Shown here: positions 26,816 through 39,837 of the stretch, piece by piece
How positions within the stretch are numbered: the first letter of the stretch is position 1
How the letters are laid out: each line of letters begins with the position of its first letter
From: Laetmonice hystrix
Lineage: Eukaryota
Direction: 5' to 3'
Assembly: GCA_965235115.1 (NCBI GenBank)
Contig: OZ249436.1
Location: forward strand, 7,006,001 to 7,070,000
Length of the DNA stretch: 64,000 bases
Made by a program: the position numbers and the translations under genes
The notes under the pieces: model-generated
What the model was told of the DNA's origin: nothing
Database searches by the model: none
What the model saw: only the letters and a program-made list of their open reading frames with translations

Positions 26816-27340
26816 TTGTAGTAGGGAAGGACCATGAAGTATTAAATATCTGAGAGATCTAGAGAAAGATGTCACAGGTAATCGTGTTGAGGTTTTTAAT
26901 AAGGAAACACGATGAAACTGTTTATACTATAATAACTGGCCTCGCCAGACGACACTATAAGTGACGGTTATAGTAAACAGATGTAGGATTACGTCGAGTT
27001 TAAAACCGAGCTGGAATGGTTTAGTGTCATGTGATGATGGTCATAGAGATTCATCATACTTGAATAATTGAAGCACTGGTTCACTGGTTCACTGGTAAAA
27101 TATTATATTACAGATCGTGCACGTTAACGCTATTCATAAATATGAATTCGCGGATGTTTTATTACTATGATAACGCCATCGATGCCAAACCCTTTGGTCC
27201 CCTACTCACGATCACAAAGGAAGCATCAACAAGCCCTACTACAACTGTACTCTACCAGCTTTACCCAACTTATCGGTAGTATTTTTCATCGAACTCGACA
27301 TACCCGCAGATTTGTCCTGACCTGATGAGTCCGGTCAGCC

Positions 27341-27392
27341 TACCCCTACCCCACCCCACCCCACCCCCACCCCCACCCCCACCCCCACCCCC
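27341..27392 (-). repeat. (CCCCA)n C-rich tract; potential G-quadruplex on the minus strand
   Basis: More than eight runs of 4-5 C separated by A or TA. Confidence 0.75.
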
Positions 27393-27992
27393 AGTCGTGA
27401 TTACATCATTAGGACACCGTGTGATCTACCCAACCACCACACCACCCCTAGCACCCTCTGACTCTCTCGTCCCTGTAATTTGGTACTGGGGAACTATGCT
27501 AACACACAGGATGGCCATAATGGGACGGATCCAATCTGATCAAAACTACTCCGAGGGCATGGGAAACATTCTATTTCCACTCTCTCATATTTTTACACAA
27601 TAAAAAATCGACAAGTGTATTTCAATCATCTGACTGTTTTTTCTACTCAAAATCCCCCAAGGAATTATTCTATGAGATAGCTGAATAAAGCACGTTTCGG
27701 ACTGTGGTTGTTCTGGCCGGTTTTATCAAATGTGATGTGTTACTGATTACCAGTCGTAGTGAACCTTTTATCTGTCCCATCATAAGCAGGGAGCGTGTCG
27801 GGAAGGTTCAGTTCGGGCCAAGGAGACATAATGGGTTCAAAGGTCATGGTGGTGTGTATTCCCCCTATGATTTGTCACTGAGTCTATTATTATCATATAT
27901 CATAATGGTGGCAGCTGGTCATCAAGTCCATGTTTGTGTTGGTATTATGTCACTGACAAAACACGGAATAACTGATGAAAGGTATGTGGCTC

Positions 27993-28884
27993 GCTATCAC
28001 TGCTCGGTAAACTCCCTGCTTCACGTGTTCTCTCTATCATTGCTCGGTAAACTCCCTGCTTCACGTGTTCTTCTCTCTATCATTGCTCGGTAAACTCCCT
28101 GCTTCATGTGTTCTTCTCTCTATCATTGCTCGGTAAACTCCCTGCTTCATGTGTTCTTCTCTCTATCATTGCTCGGTAAACTCCCTGCTTCATGTGTTCT
28201 TCTCTCTATCATTGCTCAGTAAACTCCCTGCTTCATGTGTTCTTCTCTCTATCATTGCTCGGTAAACTCCCTGCTTCATGTGTTCTTCTCTCTATCATTG
28301 CTCGGTAAACTCCCTGCTTCATGTGTTCTTCTCTCTATCATTGCTCGGTAAACTCCCTGCTTCACGTGTTCTTCTCTCTATCATTGCTCGGTAAACTCCC
28401 TGCTTCATGTGTTCTTCCCTCTATCATTGCTCGGTAAACTCCCTGCTTCATGTGTTCTTCTCGCTATCATTGCTCGGTAAACTCCCTGCTTCATGTGTTC
28501 TTCTCTCTATCATTTGCTCGGTAAACTCCCTGCTTCATGTGTTCTTCTCTCTATCATTGCTCAGTAAACTCCCTGCTTCACGTGTTCTTCTCTCTATCAT
28601 TGCTCGGTAAACTCCCTGCTTCACGTGTTCTTCTCTCTATCATTGCTCGGTAAACTCCCTGCTTCATGTGTTCTTCTCTCTATCATTGCTCAGTAAACTC
28701 CCTGCTTCACGTGTTCTCTCTATCATTGCTCGGTAAACTCCCTGCTTCATGTGTTCTTCTCTCTATCATTGCTCGGTAAACTCCCTGCTTCACGTGTTCT
28801 TCTCTCTATCCTTAATGGGTAAACTCCCTGCTTCATGTGTTCTTCTCTCTACCATTGCTCAGTAAACTCCCTGCTTCATGTGTT
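27993..28884. repeat. Minisatellite G, about 21 units of 40-44 bp (TATCATTGCTCGGTAAACTCCCTGCTTCATGTGTTCTTCTCTC)
   Basis: Direct tandem copies. Confidence 0.98.
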
Positions 28885-30694
28885 ATTCTAAATTCTTCTG
28901 TTTTGCTGGTCGAACCAATCTTGAATTCTGAGAGCACTCACTGAGGGAAAAAAACAGTTTCTTACATAGCATCATGTTACAGATGAATACCAGTAGTTTT
29001 GCAGTATCTGCACGATCTGTTTAGCCAAACGACTAGTCTTACGTCTTTACTCTGCTGACTACTTCTATATTGTGAGATCTAAAGTAGCAGCGATATGATG
29101 CACCCATACGTGGCTCTCTTATCAAACTACAAGTTGTTATTCCACGGAAACCTGGGATCCAACTTGACCCTGATCTCCTGCAATTCCTGTTTGAGCTTAA
29201 AGCGATCCCAATCTTAAAGTTTTCATGAAGAATTGACAAAGAACTGATTCAACTTGTGAGACTTTACTAGAATCTTACAAAGTTTTAGATTATTCTATAT
29301 TCAATCCCTCTATCCTCTCTGCACAGTATCCGGACGACGAAGATCATATCTACGTATTGCAAACAACATTCGAGCGCTGTCACATAGAAACGCTACCCCA
29401 GGAAGATCCAGCCAAGTGATTCAGAGCTTCGTGGGGGAGGGCACTAGTTGAGTAGATGCCAGCTCCAACAACAGTTGTCCCCTGCTGACTATGCCGCGGT
29501 AATATGAGCATTCTTCCTCATCTAATCTGTGTTGGTGTCATTGTGATCGTTGACCCAGCTACTGCCTACCGAGCGCCCTCACCGAGGTATTCGGCTGACA
29601 GAGATCGAACAGATTTCAGCTGGATTAATCATCGTCCTACGACACTGCTGCCACTGCTGTCTGGCCCGGCTGGCTGAGAGTAGGCCATGCAATTGGGGCT
29701 TTGCTGCAGGCAACAATATCTGCGCAACAAATGATCCGAGTTAGACATCTGGGGAATGTTAATCACCGGTGACTAACCCAGAAACTCGCAGCAGACACTG
29801 ACATGAGATGGTTTGATTCTTTATGAGCTCACGCCTGCCTTGTTTTAAATGGGATCATCCGACAATGTGAAATAAAGATATTTCAATATCCTGTCATGGT
29901 ACTAAGGAACTTTTTATCCTAGCATTCTGTTGTAAAATCACTCAGTATACAATCGCCAGGCAGTTCTCTTGACTAGGTCAAACATTTACGATATTTCACG
30001 AAAAACCAGCACCAGACTTATTACCAGTATTGCATCTTTAAATCGTTTAAGTAGAAAAAAAGACAGCTACTTTACGGCGGCATCCATTGTTCATGTGTTC
30101 TCTCTATCCTTATATTTAATGCTACAATAGCTGTACATGGTAGGCATACATACTTTACCAGTGCAGAAATATTGTTGCATCAGGCTTAAATTTAATTCTC
30201 ATAAAATAAGTGGAAAGCTTAAAGCCCTACATTCATATGGATTTCACAATCATCCATAATTAAGTAGATTGCTTTACTACATACATAGGGCTGGTACATG
30301 ATAACAGAAACCTCCCTCAATAGTCCTAAATTATAGATATTTCACAGGCTCAACACCCAAAAGATCGCAGATAGGAATTTCGTTAACAATCCCTCAAAAG
30401 ATGTTTACGTGACTGAATTAAACAAATAATGTGTTCTAAGGGTTATGACAAATGCCATGGGCAGCTGATAGCATGCCACCATCAGCCACAGATCATCTGA
30501 CGCCAAGCAACTTTCAGGGTACGTACAACCGCATGAGCAAATTGCGTGCCGACACGCCAACTGCGCTTCAGTTTGGAACTACATGTTTATACAACTAGTG
30601 CTTCTAATGGAAGCCCACCGTATATTGTTCGTAATATCCTTTACAAACTAACTTTCACTCTAGTCCTAGCTTTTATCTGTTTTGTATGGAGAGG

Positions 30695-30793
30695 TCTCTC
30701 TTTCTCTCTGTCTCTGTATGTATGTCTGTCTGTCTGTCTCTCGCTCTCTCTCCTTCTCTCTCCCTCTCTCCCCCTCTCTCTCTCTCTCTCTCC
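30695..30793. repeat. Imperfect (CT)n/(GTCT)n microsatellite
   Basis: Visible pyrimidine-rich simple repeat. Confidence 0.9.
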
Positions 30794-33700
30794 CACGAAG
30801 TCAGGACCGAACTCTCTGAATCATACTAATATTGTTTGCGACTTCTTCGAGAGAAGTCAGACGCATCAAGTGTATGAATTCAGATCTTTAAAAATGGCTA
30901 GTTATATATCCAAGTTATTTGATAGCAATATGTCGCCGGAAACCCCTGTGTTGATAAAGTATTCCCTGTCACTAGAAGTTGAAGCCATGAAAGTTCTTAT
31001 AAAGTCATCTCTCCTAGGAAGTGAGGGAATTTGAGACAACGGATCATCAGAAGAGGGTAACGAAGAACCAGGTGTGGCCTATCGCTGCCAGACACATGGA
31101 CACACCAGACTTGTGTGCAGACCTTGCCTTTCATGTGGCCGGCCTGTTGGACATTCGAGCCAGGTGACGTCTCTCTTAGTCCATCATCATTGCTTTGATC
31201 TCTACCGAACAACAGATCAGAGTGTGGTGACTTTGGTACGTTGGGGTCCAGGGAGTCTGCCGGAGTTATCACACCATTTATTCATCATATTAGTCTCCAC
31301 GACTGGCAAACACAACACGAAGGTTGAACATGTCTGTGACACTGTCCGCACCAGGTCCGGTGTCACAGGACGATGTGCCATGCAGATGGTTCCTCCTTAT
31401 CTGTGTAATGCATCTTTACAAAGGATCCCCACCGAATGTGCCTTTAGCTAACATGAAAGGGCAGCAAATGGCCACCGAGTCGGGTGGTAGCAAATTCCTG
31501 TCCTACCTTGATAGTCGAGTACACTCTAAGTAAGCTTAATGTACGTGCACCCAGCGACATAGGTAACAGTTGTCAGTAATTATGATGATAAACTCCAAGA
31601 TATTATACTTAGTGCCTTTTTTAAGTATTTTTTATTTTGCATTTATATATACGTGTATACATATAGACAGTATCGACACACATGAACATGCACGAGAGGC
31701 TTAGGGCCTACATGTCTTAGAATTTGATTAAATCTACTCAGACCGAACAAGCCAGGCAGAAATGCCGAGAACGGATATTATATTCCAACTCACACAGAGG
31801 ACAGAGCACTGATAGTAATTAAAGGTTTTCTTGTCTTAATCTGTAAAAGTAGCCTGCTTAATTCACACACCCTTGTGTGTGAATTAATATCTTCTTCAGA
31901 AAGTCGACTCCCCAAAACAAATGACGTCGATATTGATGGATGGTTGACAATCTGACCCTGGCAGGCACTGTCAGCTGACCTGCTGGTGTGGAGGTTTGAT
32001 AGAAGCCTGGGTCGCTGGTCGACTGTCGTCCAATGCTGGCTGTAGGCCTGTCGTCATCATCCCACCGCCAGCCCCTGTCACATCAAGGTCTGCCAGCGAC
32101 TGGCGGCAACATGAGACGGGCGACAGCAACACGTGAACTTCACCTTCAGGGCCCGGGTTCACAATATTGGAAACCTCGGCCGCATAAAGCATGAGCCCAG
32201 TCTCTTAGAACTCCGAGACGTGCTCTTTCTTAGACCACTGTACCGGAAATACTGCTGTATTTGAACAGCCTTCTGATGATCTTTCCTCTATTGACTTTCC
32301 ATCTGTGAGGCTATTTGAGATTCCAAGACCTCCTTAGAACTTCTACGTATTTTTTTATAACAATAAACGTCATAAGTAAACTCATAACCCTTGAGCAAAA
32401 CCTTTAACATGAAAGCCCTTTTTGTCCAAATGGTGGCGGTTTTTTTAACAGAAAGCGAATTACTGGTTTTACAAAAGTACACCGACCCTAATGACATACA
32501 AAATACGTCTACGTAATAATGGCTGAAGCGGCAGCTTCTTCACAACTGGGTGGAGGAGAACTTTCGCCAAAGTGAAACCAAAGGGCGACTTTCTGTCACT
32601 CCAAACATGACCTATGACGTTTGAGTTTGACTCTGTCCAGATGTAAGCCTTGAAACTGGCGGGGCACAGCATCGAGTCCAAATGACCGTCAGACACTTTG
32701 ACAATGACAACTTACAGGTCAATGTCAAGTGTTACTCATCGTCCATGACGTTCAATTCTACAAAATCGAAATGTTTCATTTCCTTCTTTTGTAGCCAACC
32801 AACTATTGTGACGGGATGTCAAGGATGGATATGGGAAACAACTTTGATCAATAATACTGAATATATTTGACCTTGACATATGGTCGACCTCAAACTTTAA
32901 AATGACTTTTGTCAAAGGTGCCTCATAATACAAAGAGTCGTGAGATCCTGATCTTCATTTTCCATCAGGAATTCCATTTCAAAGACATTCGGCGTGAAGC
33001 CGACGCCATAAACTTTTAAATTCTTCAATCCAAGCTGCCTCGTAGCCAGAGAAAAATGAGCTCTTTTATCATAAATTGCCACAAATAGAACTTCCCTACA
33101 TCAAGAGAAGAAAAGAATATAGATGTCATGAAATATGGCCTAGTGAACCTCTAAATATGTGACCAACTCATTCTGTTAGCTTCCCCTCCCTCTCTTTCTA
33201 CCGTTCATGAGGTCCAATAAGGGCAGTCTTAAGAGATCACACTCTTGGCCCCTTTGAGGCCAGTCAAGATGCTTGGAGCGAGCCTCGAAGGCTACAATTG
33301 AGTTTACTCATCAGCCGAGCCAAAGTGATATAAACTGTGACCAATGCTTCGCTCTCATTCAATGCCCCCAAACGGTAATGTAATGGTCACAATTGGATTT
33401 AGCCAGCAACTGGTCCACTTGGGCTGGCCTCGTCATGAAGAATGTGAGTAGAGTGGGATCCATCCCATCAGTACAACCTTCATGACCAGATGTGGTTAAA
33501 CCCTACCAGGCGAAGCGTACCGATCGCCAATACAAAACAAGATAAAACCATGCAGAGATTCTATTAAACATGAACCTCAGCCGCTGAATCCGTGAAGGAG
33601 TGAGTGAGTCCTGAGGGCCTGCGACACGAAACCCAACAAACATCGAATAGAGGCAAAGCAATAAGTTGTTTGAGGTGACGTTTTGTTTTCAAAGAATAGA

Positions 33701-33843
33701 AAGCGGGTGGGTGATGATTTAGGGGAAGGAAGTTGTAATATGTTTATTGCCATGACAAGCCGGTTACCACCACTTCCCCAAGTATTGAATTGCTTGCATG
33801 TATCTGCATCTATAATCTGATTGGTTCTCCTGTAGGTCCTAGG

Positions 33844-33856
33844 AGGTCAAAGGTCA
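33844..33856 (+). promoter_or_regulatory. Perfect nuclear-receptor DR1 element AGGTCA-A-AGGTCA
   Basis: Exact consensus. Caveat: similar GGTCAAAGGTCA strings occur in invertebrate dispersed repeats. Confidence 0.3.
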
Positions 33857-34760
33857 CAGGAAGGAGAGCAATAGTTGCACAGTTTGCAATCACAAGAAAT
33901 CATTCGGAGGTCTGCCAACCTTCAGGACAAAACATGACATATTCATACATGAAAATCAGGTCAATGCAGCGCCACTGCAGCATGTTTTCTGATCAATATT
34001 TGCTACATTTTTTATAGCTGTTCGCTGCAGGCTGGCTGCTCACGCTTCTGATCTATGAACCATATAGCTTCACATGTTATATCAGATGTGGCAGAGATAT
34101 CCTATATTTGTTCCACTATAAGATATATTATTTCCGAGTTAGTAGGGCAAGTAAAATCTCTGTACTATAAAAGTCAGAATCGAGTATTAAAGTCTCGTCT
34201 TTAATTGTTTACCTTACACGGTGTCATTAAGCTGTAGAATTCTGAAGAATTTTCATGGAACACAAGATATTTTCACCTTTTTAAAATTTAACATTTCCAC
34301 ATTAATTGCGCGAGCAGCTGTGTTGAAGCGAACCACTTCCTGAACACTAAACGACTAATAAATAACATTCTGCAGCACAGTTAATTGTTTCATATACTGA
34401 TAAATATAAAAAGATTATACTTGATCTGAACGTGGCATTTTGTTGCAATCACATTGCACAAATCCAGTATTTTAGTCAGCAAGGAAATTCTTCCGTCAGA
34501 CAGGCTGTCAGAGCATCAGGTCTTTATTCTTGTACAGGAAGCCTACATGTTACTTTATCAACTGACTGGTTTACATCAAACTGAGATTAACGTCCTTCAT
34601 TGGATCCATCCTGTTATTCTTGACAAATCACTCCGCTTGATCTGATTGTGATGCAATCTTCATGTGGATGTCAAGTCATCAAGTATTCGACTTGTAAAAC
34701 CTGGACCTGTAGACAACACTGCCAGTGGTTGGTTACTACAGGCCGAACAGGCTCCACAAT

Positions 34761-34902
34761 AACGTGGTTATGGTGTGAATTGTTACACCAGGTTATGTAA
34801 AACACTACCAGGGACGTCACTTAATCCAACCTACGCACGTGTAACCAGATAGCTCGACTGTCAACCCAACAACCATTACGTGACTGCCGAGCTAGTCACG
34901 TA
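34761..34902. promoter_or_regulatory. ACGT-core motif cluster with a perfect 9-bp inverted repeat
   Basis: AACGTG 34761, GACGTCA 34813, CACGTG 34836, then TACGTGACT-gccgagct-AGTCACGTA at 34877-34902. Confidence 0.35.
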
Positions 34903-35427
34903 GGACAAACAGCATTAGAGCCTTCTCTCCTGGTCTGTCCCAACCCCGACATGGGTCTTTCCAAACCACCAACTCGGTCTGCAGCTTTAACAATGGTACA
35001 GCTACGGGGATGCCTACATGGGCCCTTCTAAATGGTTCCAACCCTCCCATTATGGGCCGTAAGTCCCTCTATCTGCCTTGTATCACTCACTGTAATCAGA
35101 TTGGGGACTTGGCCTACTGGCCAGACTTAGAGTAATCAATTGTGGAACGAGTGAGCGTTCTGTTCGGCTGCAGGCCGTGCCCCTGAGGCTCCATTTGGGG
35201 CTTGCCTGAAAATGGGCCCCTGAACCCCCCAGCACCCCCAAGGTACCCCCAATCATAACGGCCCAATGCATAACTTTCTCCCGGGGTAATTACCACGCAT
35301 GTTGGCAATTAAATGGGTTTTGGCAAGGATAGCGAATGACTGGCTTGGACTAGCTTGGTCGGCTGGAGTCCAAATAAGCAGTATACACCATGCTACAAGT
35401 CTGAGATTGCTATGACAACTCCATATT

Positions 35428-35789
35428 CAGTGAGGGATCCATATTTTGATAAGGGGAGGGGGCCCACCTAAAAATATTGTAGCCTCGCTATGCTCGGCAT
35501 GATTTTAATGTGATTATACTGGTTCTGAGGCCCCTTTGTCACATCTAGGCATTCGTTACTACTTGACTGGGGAGTATAGGCCTACCATTTCAATGCTGCA
35601 TGGCAAAGATCGGGTTATGTTGCTGCTGGACGACTGAGGAGGCCCTTTTGGGCCCGATGTTACTATCACGTACAATATAGGAGGCTTTTTTTAAAGAATT
35701 TTGTTGGAATCCTGGTTTCAGGGGAATGATGCATCTTCATCAAAAAAAGCGGAAAATTTAAGGGCCCCCGGGCCCCTTGGATCCCAGTG
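35428..35789. mobile_element. MITE-like element, GGCGGATCC family copy 2 (degenerate)
   Basis: Left end CAGTGAGGGATCCATATTTTGATAAGGGG, right end GGGCCCCCGGGCCCCTTGGATCCCAGTG. Imperfect inverted ends, no TSD. Confidence 0.4.
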
Positions 35790-36639
35790 TTATGTTGGAG
35801 TCCGAAAAAGGAAAACTAGAAAAACAAATGCTTGAATGGTGAGAATAATAGTTTCTTACTAACACATTTGATCACGACTTGTCACGTTCCTGATGTTCCT
35901 TAGTTCGTGATTTTGTTATTCTCTGTTTTATATCAATCTCTTCCTTTAAGAACCTGACCTATTTGAATATCTACCACATAATGGTTTAGAGTGGGAAATA
36001 TAATTTAACAAGAGCCTTTAAAAAAAGGGAAAATAACCCTAAGGGTACAAACACATATGGGAGTCATTAATAATGTTCAGCACATTCTCGCTGTTAGAAC
36101 AATGAATCCACCGCTCCATGAGCAAGACAAAGGGCCCATGTTTTATTCCATAAAACAGGCAAAACAAAAAAAGGGACATAAAATCATGCGTATGAGCATT
36201 CTTTATCTCATGACTGCTAAACTCAAAAAAATGCTTCCCTGTCCTTTCTGTGGTGGCCCGGGAAGCTCAGCGTGGGGCCCCCTGGTGAGTAAAGCCGTCA
36301 TTAACTACCTTAGAGGGTGGCTGTGACAGTTATTGTACACAGTGAGAATGGGATGCAATCGGTCCTTCGACAGGGAGCTTTTCTGCAGCCATCAGTTGCA
36401 GAAAGGGACTTTTAGCTGGGCCATTCAGTGCTCACCAAGCATCCCATGGCCCGGTGGCGGCCATCCAAACGGCCATGCATTCACCGCGGCTCACGGACAA
36501 TGGATAAAATGGAAATGAGTTGTAGCCGTCCTCAGTAATCACCGGGCGTTCAGTAAGCGCCACCTGACGGTGGTCAGCCCATGTCCACCGATACTGGGCG
36601 GGACCAGTCGGCTGGAAACAGGTCCTTGGGGTTTCAGGG

Positions 36640-36812
36640 GTTTTGTGTGTTTTTACCGCCAGTGTCATCTTGAGGAGGAAACCGCAGTGCCCGGAGAAAA
36701 TGACCAACATTACGGCAGGTATCCTTCTCAGATCATGCTCCAAGGGCGCTGGAACCCAGAGGTGAGAGGCCTAGGGGTCACAAGACGTAGCCTAACACCA
36801 CTGAGCCACCCC
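36640..36812 (-). mobile_element. tRNA-derived SINE (decayed)
   Basis: Minus strand has an A-box TGGCTCAGTGG (36798-36808) and a B-box-like GGGTTCCAG (36749-36757). The central segment TTTTCTCCGGGCACTGCGGTTTCCTCC resembles the core shared by V-domain-type and molluscan SINEs (recalled, not searched). It ends in an A/AC-rich tail. Confidence 0.7.
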
Positions 36813-37549
36813 TTCTATTGTCAGGCGACCGAGGCTGGCCGTGGTCTTCGCCTATCTTACCCGGATATACTCATTTCACCTTCTCCACCAATACATCAAG
36901 ACCTCCTGTAAATATCAAACAAAATCAGTTACATCTGTTACCAACTGTCATTTCTAATAAGTTCACAGGGTAAAGTTAGTATTACAAATAAACAATCAAC
37001 CCTGAAACGGCATCATAAATAGCTTGTCTGATCACAAAAGTAATAAATCCATTTGTACCATTTTCACGAACCCTCCTTGAGACATGGTCACAAACATGTG
37101 ACTTGACAACATGATTTGTCTTCATTTCTTATTTTCAAGAAAGTCCTCTTCGGCTGAAATGGATGCCATCCATTTCAACATTAATGCTCATTCTGGCCGT
37201 GCAGTTTTTGTACCATGAATTACGCTGCAGGAATAAGTCTTTAATTGAAAGATCAATAAATAACAGAAAACCTGAAGGAGCTCAACAAGAAACTATTTTG
37301 TTATAAATGGAAGAACACTCCGCTCTTTCATTTGCAGTGGATTAAATAGAAATTCACTTGCTTCATTGCTTCCCGGTAACTCCGGGAAAGGCGTGCTGTC
37401 CCGCCTGGGCCACTACTAAAAACCCATGAATCACACCAGATAAACGTTTTCCACTAGCTGGTATGTTATAGCTGCTTCTTCACACAAACATAGGAAGCAG
37501 GCCCCATGTTCTACTGAAGTTTCAGTGCTTTCTGAAGTATGGTACCTTT

Positions 37550-37977
37550 GTATGGAGCAGAAAGTGCACAAGGCTGATGTCAACTATCAGTGACACCCTG
37601 GGTGGAGTATGGAGCAGAAAGTGTACAAGGCTGATGTCAACTATCAGTGACACCCTGGGTGGCGTATGGAGCAGAAAGTGCACAAGGCTGATGTCAACTA
37701 TCAGTGACACCCTGGGTGGCGTATGGAGCAGAAAGTGCACACGGCTGATGTCAACTATCAGTGACACCCTGGGTGGAGTATGGAAAGTGCACAAGGCTGA
37801 TGTCAACTATCAGTGACACCCTGGGTGGAGTATGGAGCAGAAAGTGCACAAGGCTGATGTCAACTATCAGTGACACCCTGGGTGGCGTATGGAGCAGAAA
37901 GTGCACAAGGCTGATGTCAACTATCAGTGACACCCTGGGTGGAGTATGGAAAGTGCACAAGGCTGATGTCAACTATC
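37550..37977. repeat. Minisatellite H, about 7.7 units of 57/52 bp (GTATGGAGCAGAAAGTGCACAAGGCTGATGTCAACTATCAGTGACACCCTGGGTGGA)
   Basis: Direct tandem copies; 52-bp variants lack GCAGA. Confidence 0.97.
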
Positions 37978-38046
37978 TCGCATTGGAGCTGAAGCGTTCA
38001 ATGTTACAATACACGACGGATAGACAGACTTGTCCCTCCTGTTCTA

Positions 38047-38507
38047 GCCTCCTCCTGGCAGGGGAGTCGGCCTCCTCCTGGCAGGGGAGTCGGCCTCCTC
38101 CTGGCAGGGCAGTCAGCCTCCTCCTGACAGGGCAGTCAGCCTCCTCCTGGCAGCAGGGCAGTCGGCCTCCTCCTGGCAGGGCAGTCGGCCTCCTCCTGGC
38201 AGGGCAGTCGGCCTCCTCCTGGCAGGGCAGTCGGCCTCCTCCTGGCAGGGCAGTCGGCCTCCTCCTGGCAGGACAGTCGGCCTCCTCCTGGCAGGACAGT
38301 CGGCCTCCTCCTGGCAGGGGAGTCGGCCTCCTCCTGGCAGGGCAGTCGGCCTCCTCCTGGGAGAGAGTCTGCCTCCTCCTGGCAGGGCAGTCGGCCTCCT
38401 CCTGGCGGGGGAATGGGCCTCCTCCTGGCAGGACAGTCGGCCTCCTCCTAGCAGGGGAGTCAGCCTCCTCCTGGCAGGGGAGTCGGCCTCCTCCTGGCAG
38501 GGGAGTC
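38047..38507. repeat. GC-rich minisatellite I, about 20 units of 23 bp (GCCTCCTCCTGGCAGGGCAGTCG)
   Basis: Direct tandem copies, about 70 bp downstream of array H. Confidence 0.97.
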
Positions 38508-39375
38508 TCCCATTGTGATGCTCCATGAATATTTTGTCCCCCAGCGGGCAGAGAGAGCTCGAGCACGCGGTTTTGGCAGCTACCCGGGGTTGGAGAGAGA
38601 CCAGTGCACGGTGCAGTAGTAGTGGTGGTCCCGAGACCTGCCGCTCAGGCTCACACCTAACCTCACTGGTTGTGTGCATCCTAACCCGAAACAGATCGAT
38701 TCAAACTCTTTAATCTGGGACGCTAGTAACTCACTGCGAATCGTCTTCATTTCACTGTTCTGTTCCCGGTTTTGTCGTTATTCCCCCATCAAATCTAGCA
38801 AAACAGTAACAGGGGAAGCCAGCGGTTCCAACACCTTGAGACCCGATAAGCTAAAGAGGAAACTTTGACTTGTATAATAGGCAAGACCTCATATTTCCTC
38901 CAATTTTATTAAACCTTAAGGTAAATTAGTTATCATCGGATTAACGTCACTCAAACGTTTAGTACTGGCGACCAGCACTCACTCCTGGGTACACCCACAC
39001 CAGCTGGTCCAAGTAATGTCAGATAGTTCCCGGTGCTGCCACCAGGTAGCGATAACAATCAGTCCCTCAGCACAGCTCGCTGCTGACACTAGCAACGCTC
39101 AATCTGACAATGGTCTCTATATCTATTATTTCCCACCATATGGCACATGTGATCCCGATCTAAACTACTTCATAGCCAGTGCAAATGTCCTACAAGACAA
39201 TTCCTACCAAAGCAATTGTCCTGGGGTAACGTGTCAGCCCTCAGCGCAGTGTCCACTTATTGACGGTCAAGTTATATTTGAGAAATCTCATTTTAATGGA
39301 ATTCTTATAATGATCTGCACCATCATATCCTCGATTCTGAGATACGTTATCATATCAGTCTCATTGAAGACTTAC

Positions 39376-39450
39376 AACATTGTGTTCCCGCTATCGGCAG
39401 ACCCGAAATTTACATCCTTGGTGGAAGCGAGCGGTTTCACTCTCAGCTCG
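39376..39450 (-). other. Candidate 75-nt internal exon (one open frame: ELRVKPLASTKDVNFGSADSGNTM)
   Basis: Acceptor GTCTTTCCAATCCAATTTTACCAG| and donor |GTAAGTC. Length is divisible by 3 and only one frame is open. No homology recognised. Confidence 0.25.
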
Positions 39451-39837
39451 CTGGTAAAATTGGATTGGAAAGACATGATTAGGGAGAATCCCTTAAAATT
39501 GTTTGTGTGCGAGTGTGGTATGTGGGTATGGACAGGAGGGGTTATTTCAGGTTATAATAGATATGTTCCTGTCATAACTATACCAGCATGTTGCAGTAGC
39601 ATTATCATTTATGACTGATGGGCTTCCATTTACTTGATTACCATCTAAATGTTAAGCTGGCCACGTGACTAGCCACCCTACAAAATAGGATCATTGAAAT
39701 CCGAAGGGTGGACCCCCCCCCCCCCACAATACACACACACACTCTCTCTTTTTCACATTATTGTAAGCCTCTTCACAACAGGCAGAGCCAGCCACCCCAC
39801 CCCACTCCACCCCACCCTACCCCAACCTCAGCCCATC

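Noticed and set aside
26152-26853. Series of near-identical 66-aa ORFs
   Set aside because: Artefact of the 76-bp tandem period.
27316-27338. CTGATGAG as a hammerhead ribozyme core
   Set aside because: It lies in the loop of a simple CTGACC/GGTCAG hairpin; there is no GAAA or three-way junction.
29327-29419. Plus-strand candidate terminal exon YPDDEDHIYVLQTTFERCHIETLPQEDPAK* after a strong acceptor
   Set aside because: No homology and no matching upstream exon; it conflicts with the weak minus-strand model. Unresolved.
12478-38507. GGCAGGAG / GGCAGGG in arrays B and I resembling the Jeffreys chi-like minisatellite core
   Set aside because: Only 7-8 nt of similarity in 2 of 16 arrays; not distinguishable from chance.
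37761-38679. ORFs of 255, 197 and 188 aa
   Set aside because: Read-through of arrays H and I.
39016-39618. Longest non-repeat ORF (200 aa, + strand)
   Set aside because: No recognisable domain or compositional signature, and it overlaps a better-supported minus-strand exon candidate. An ORF of this length can arise by chance in 64 kb.
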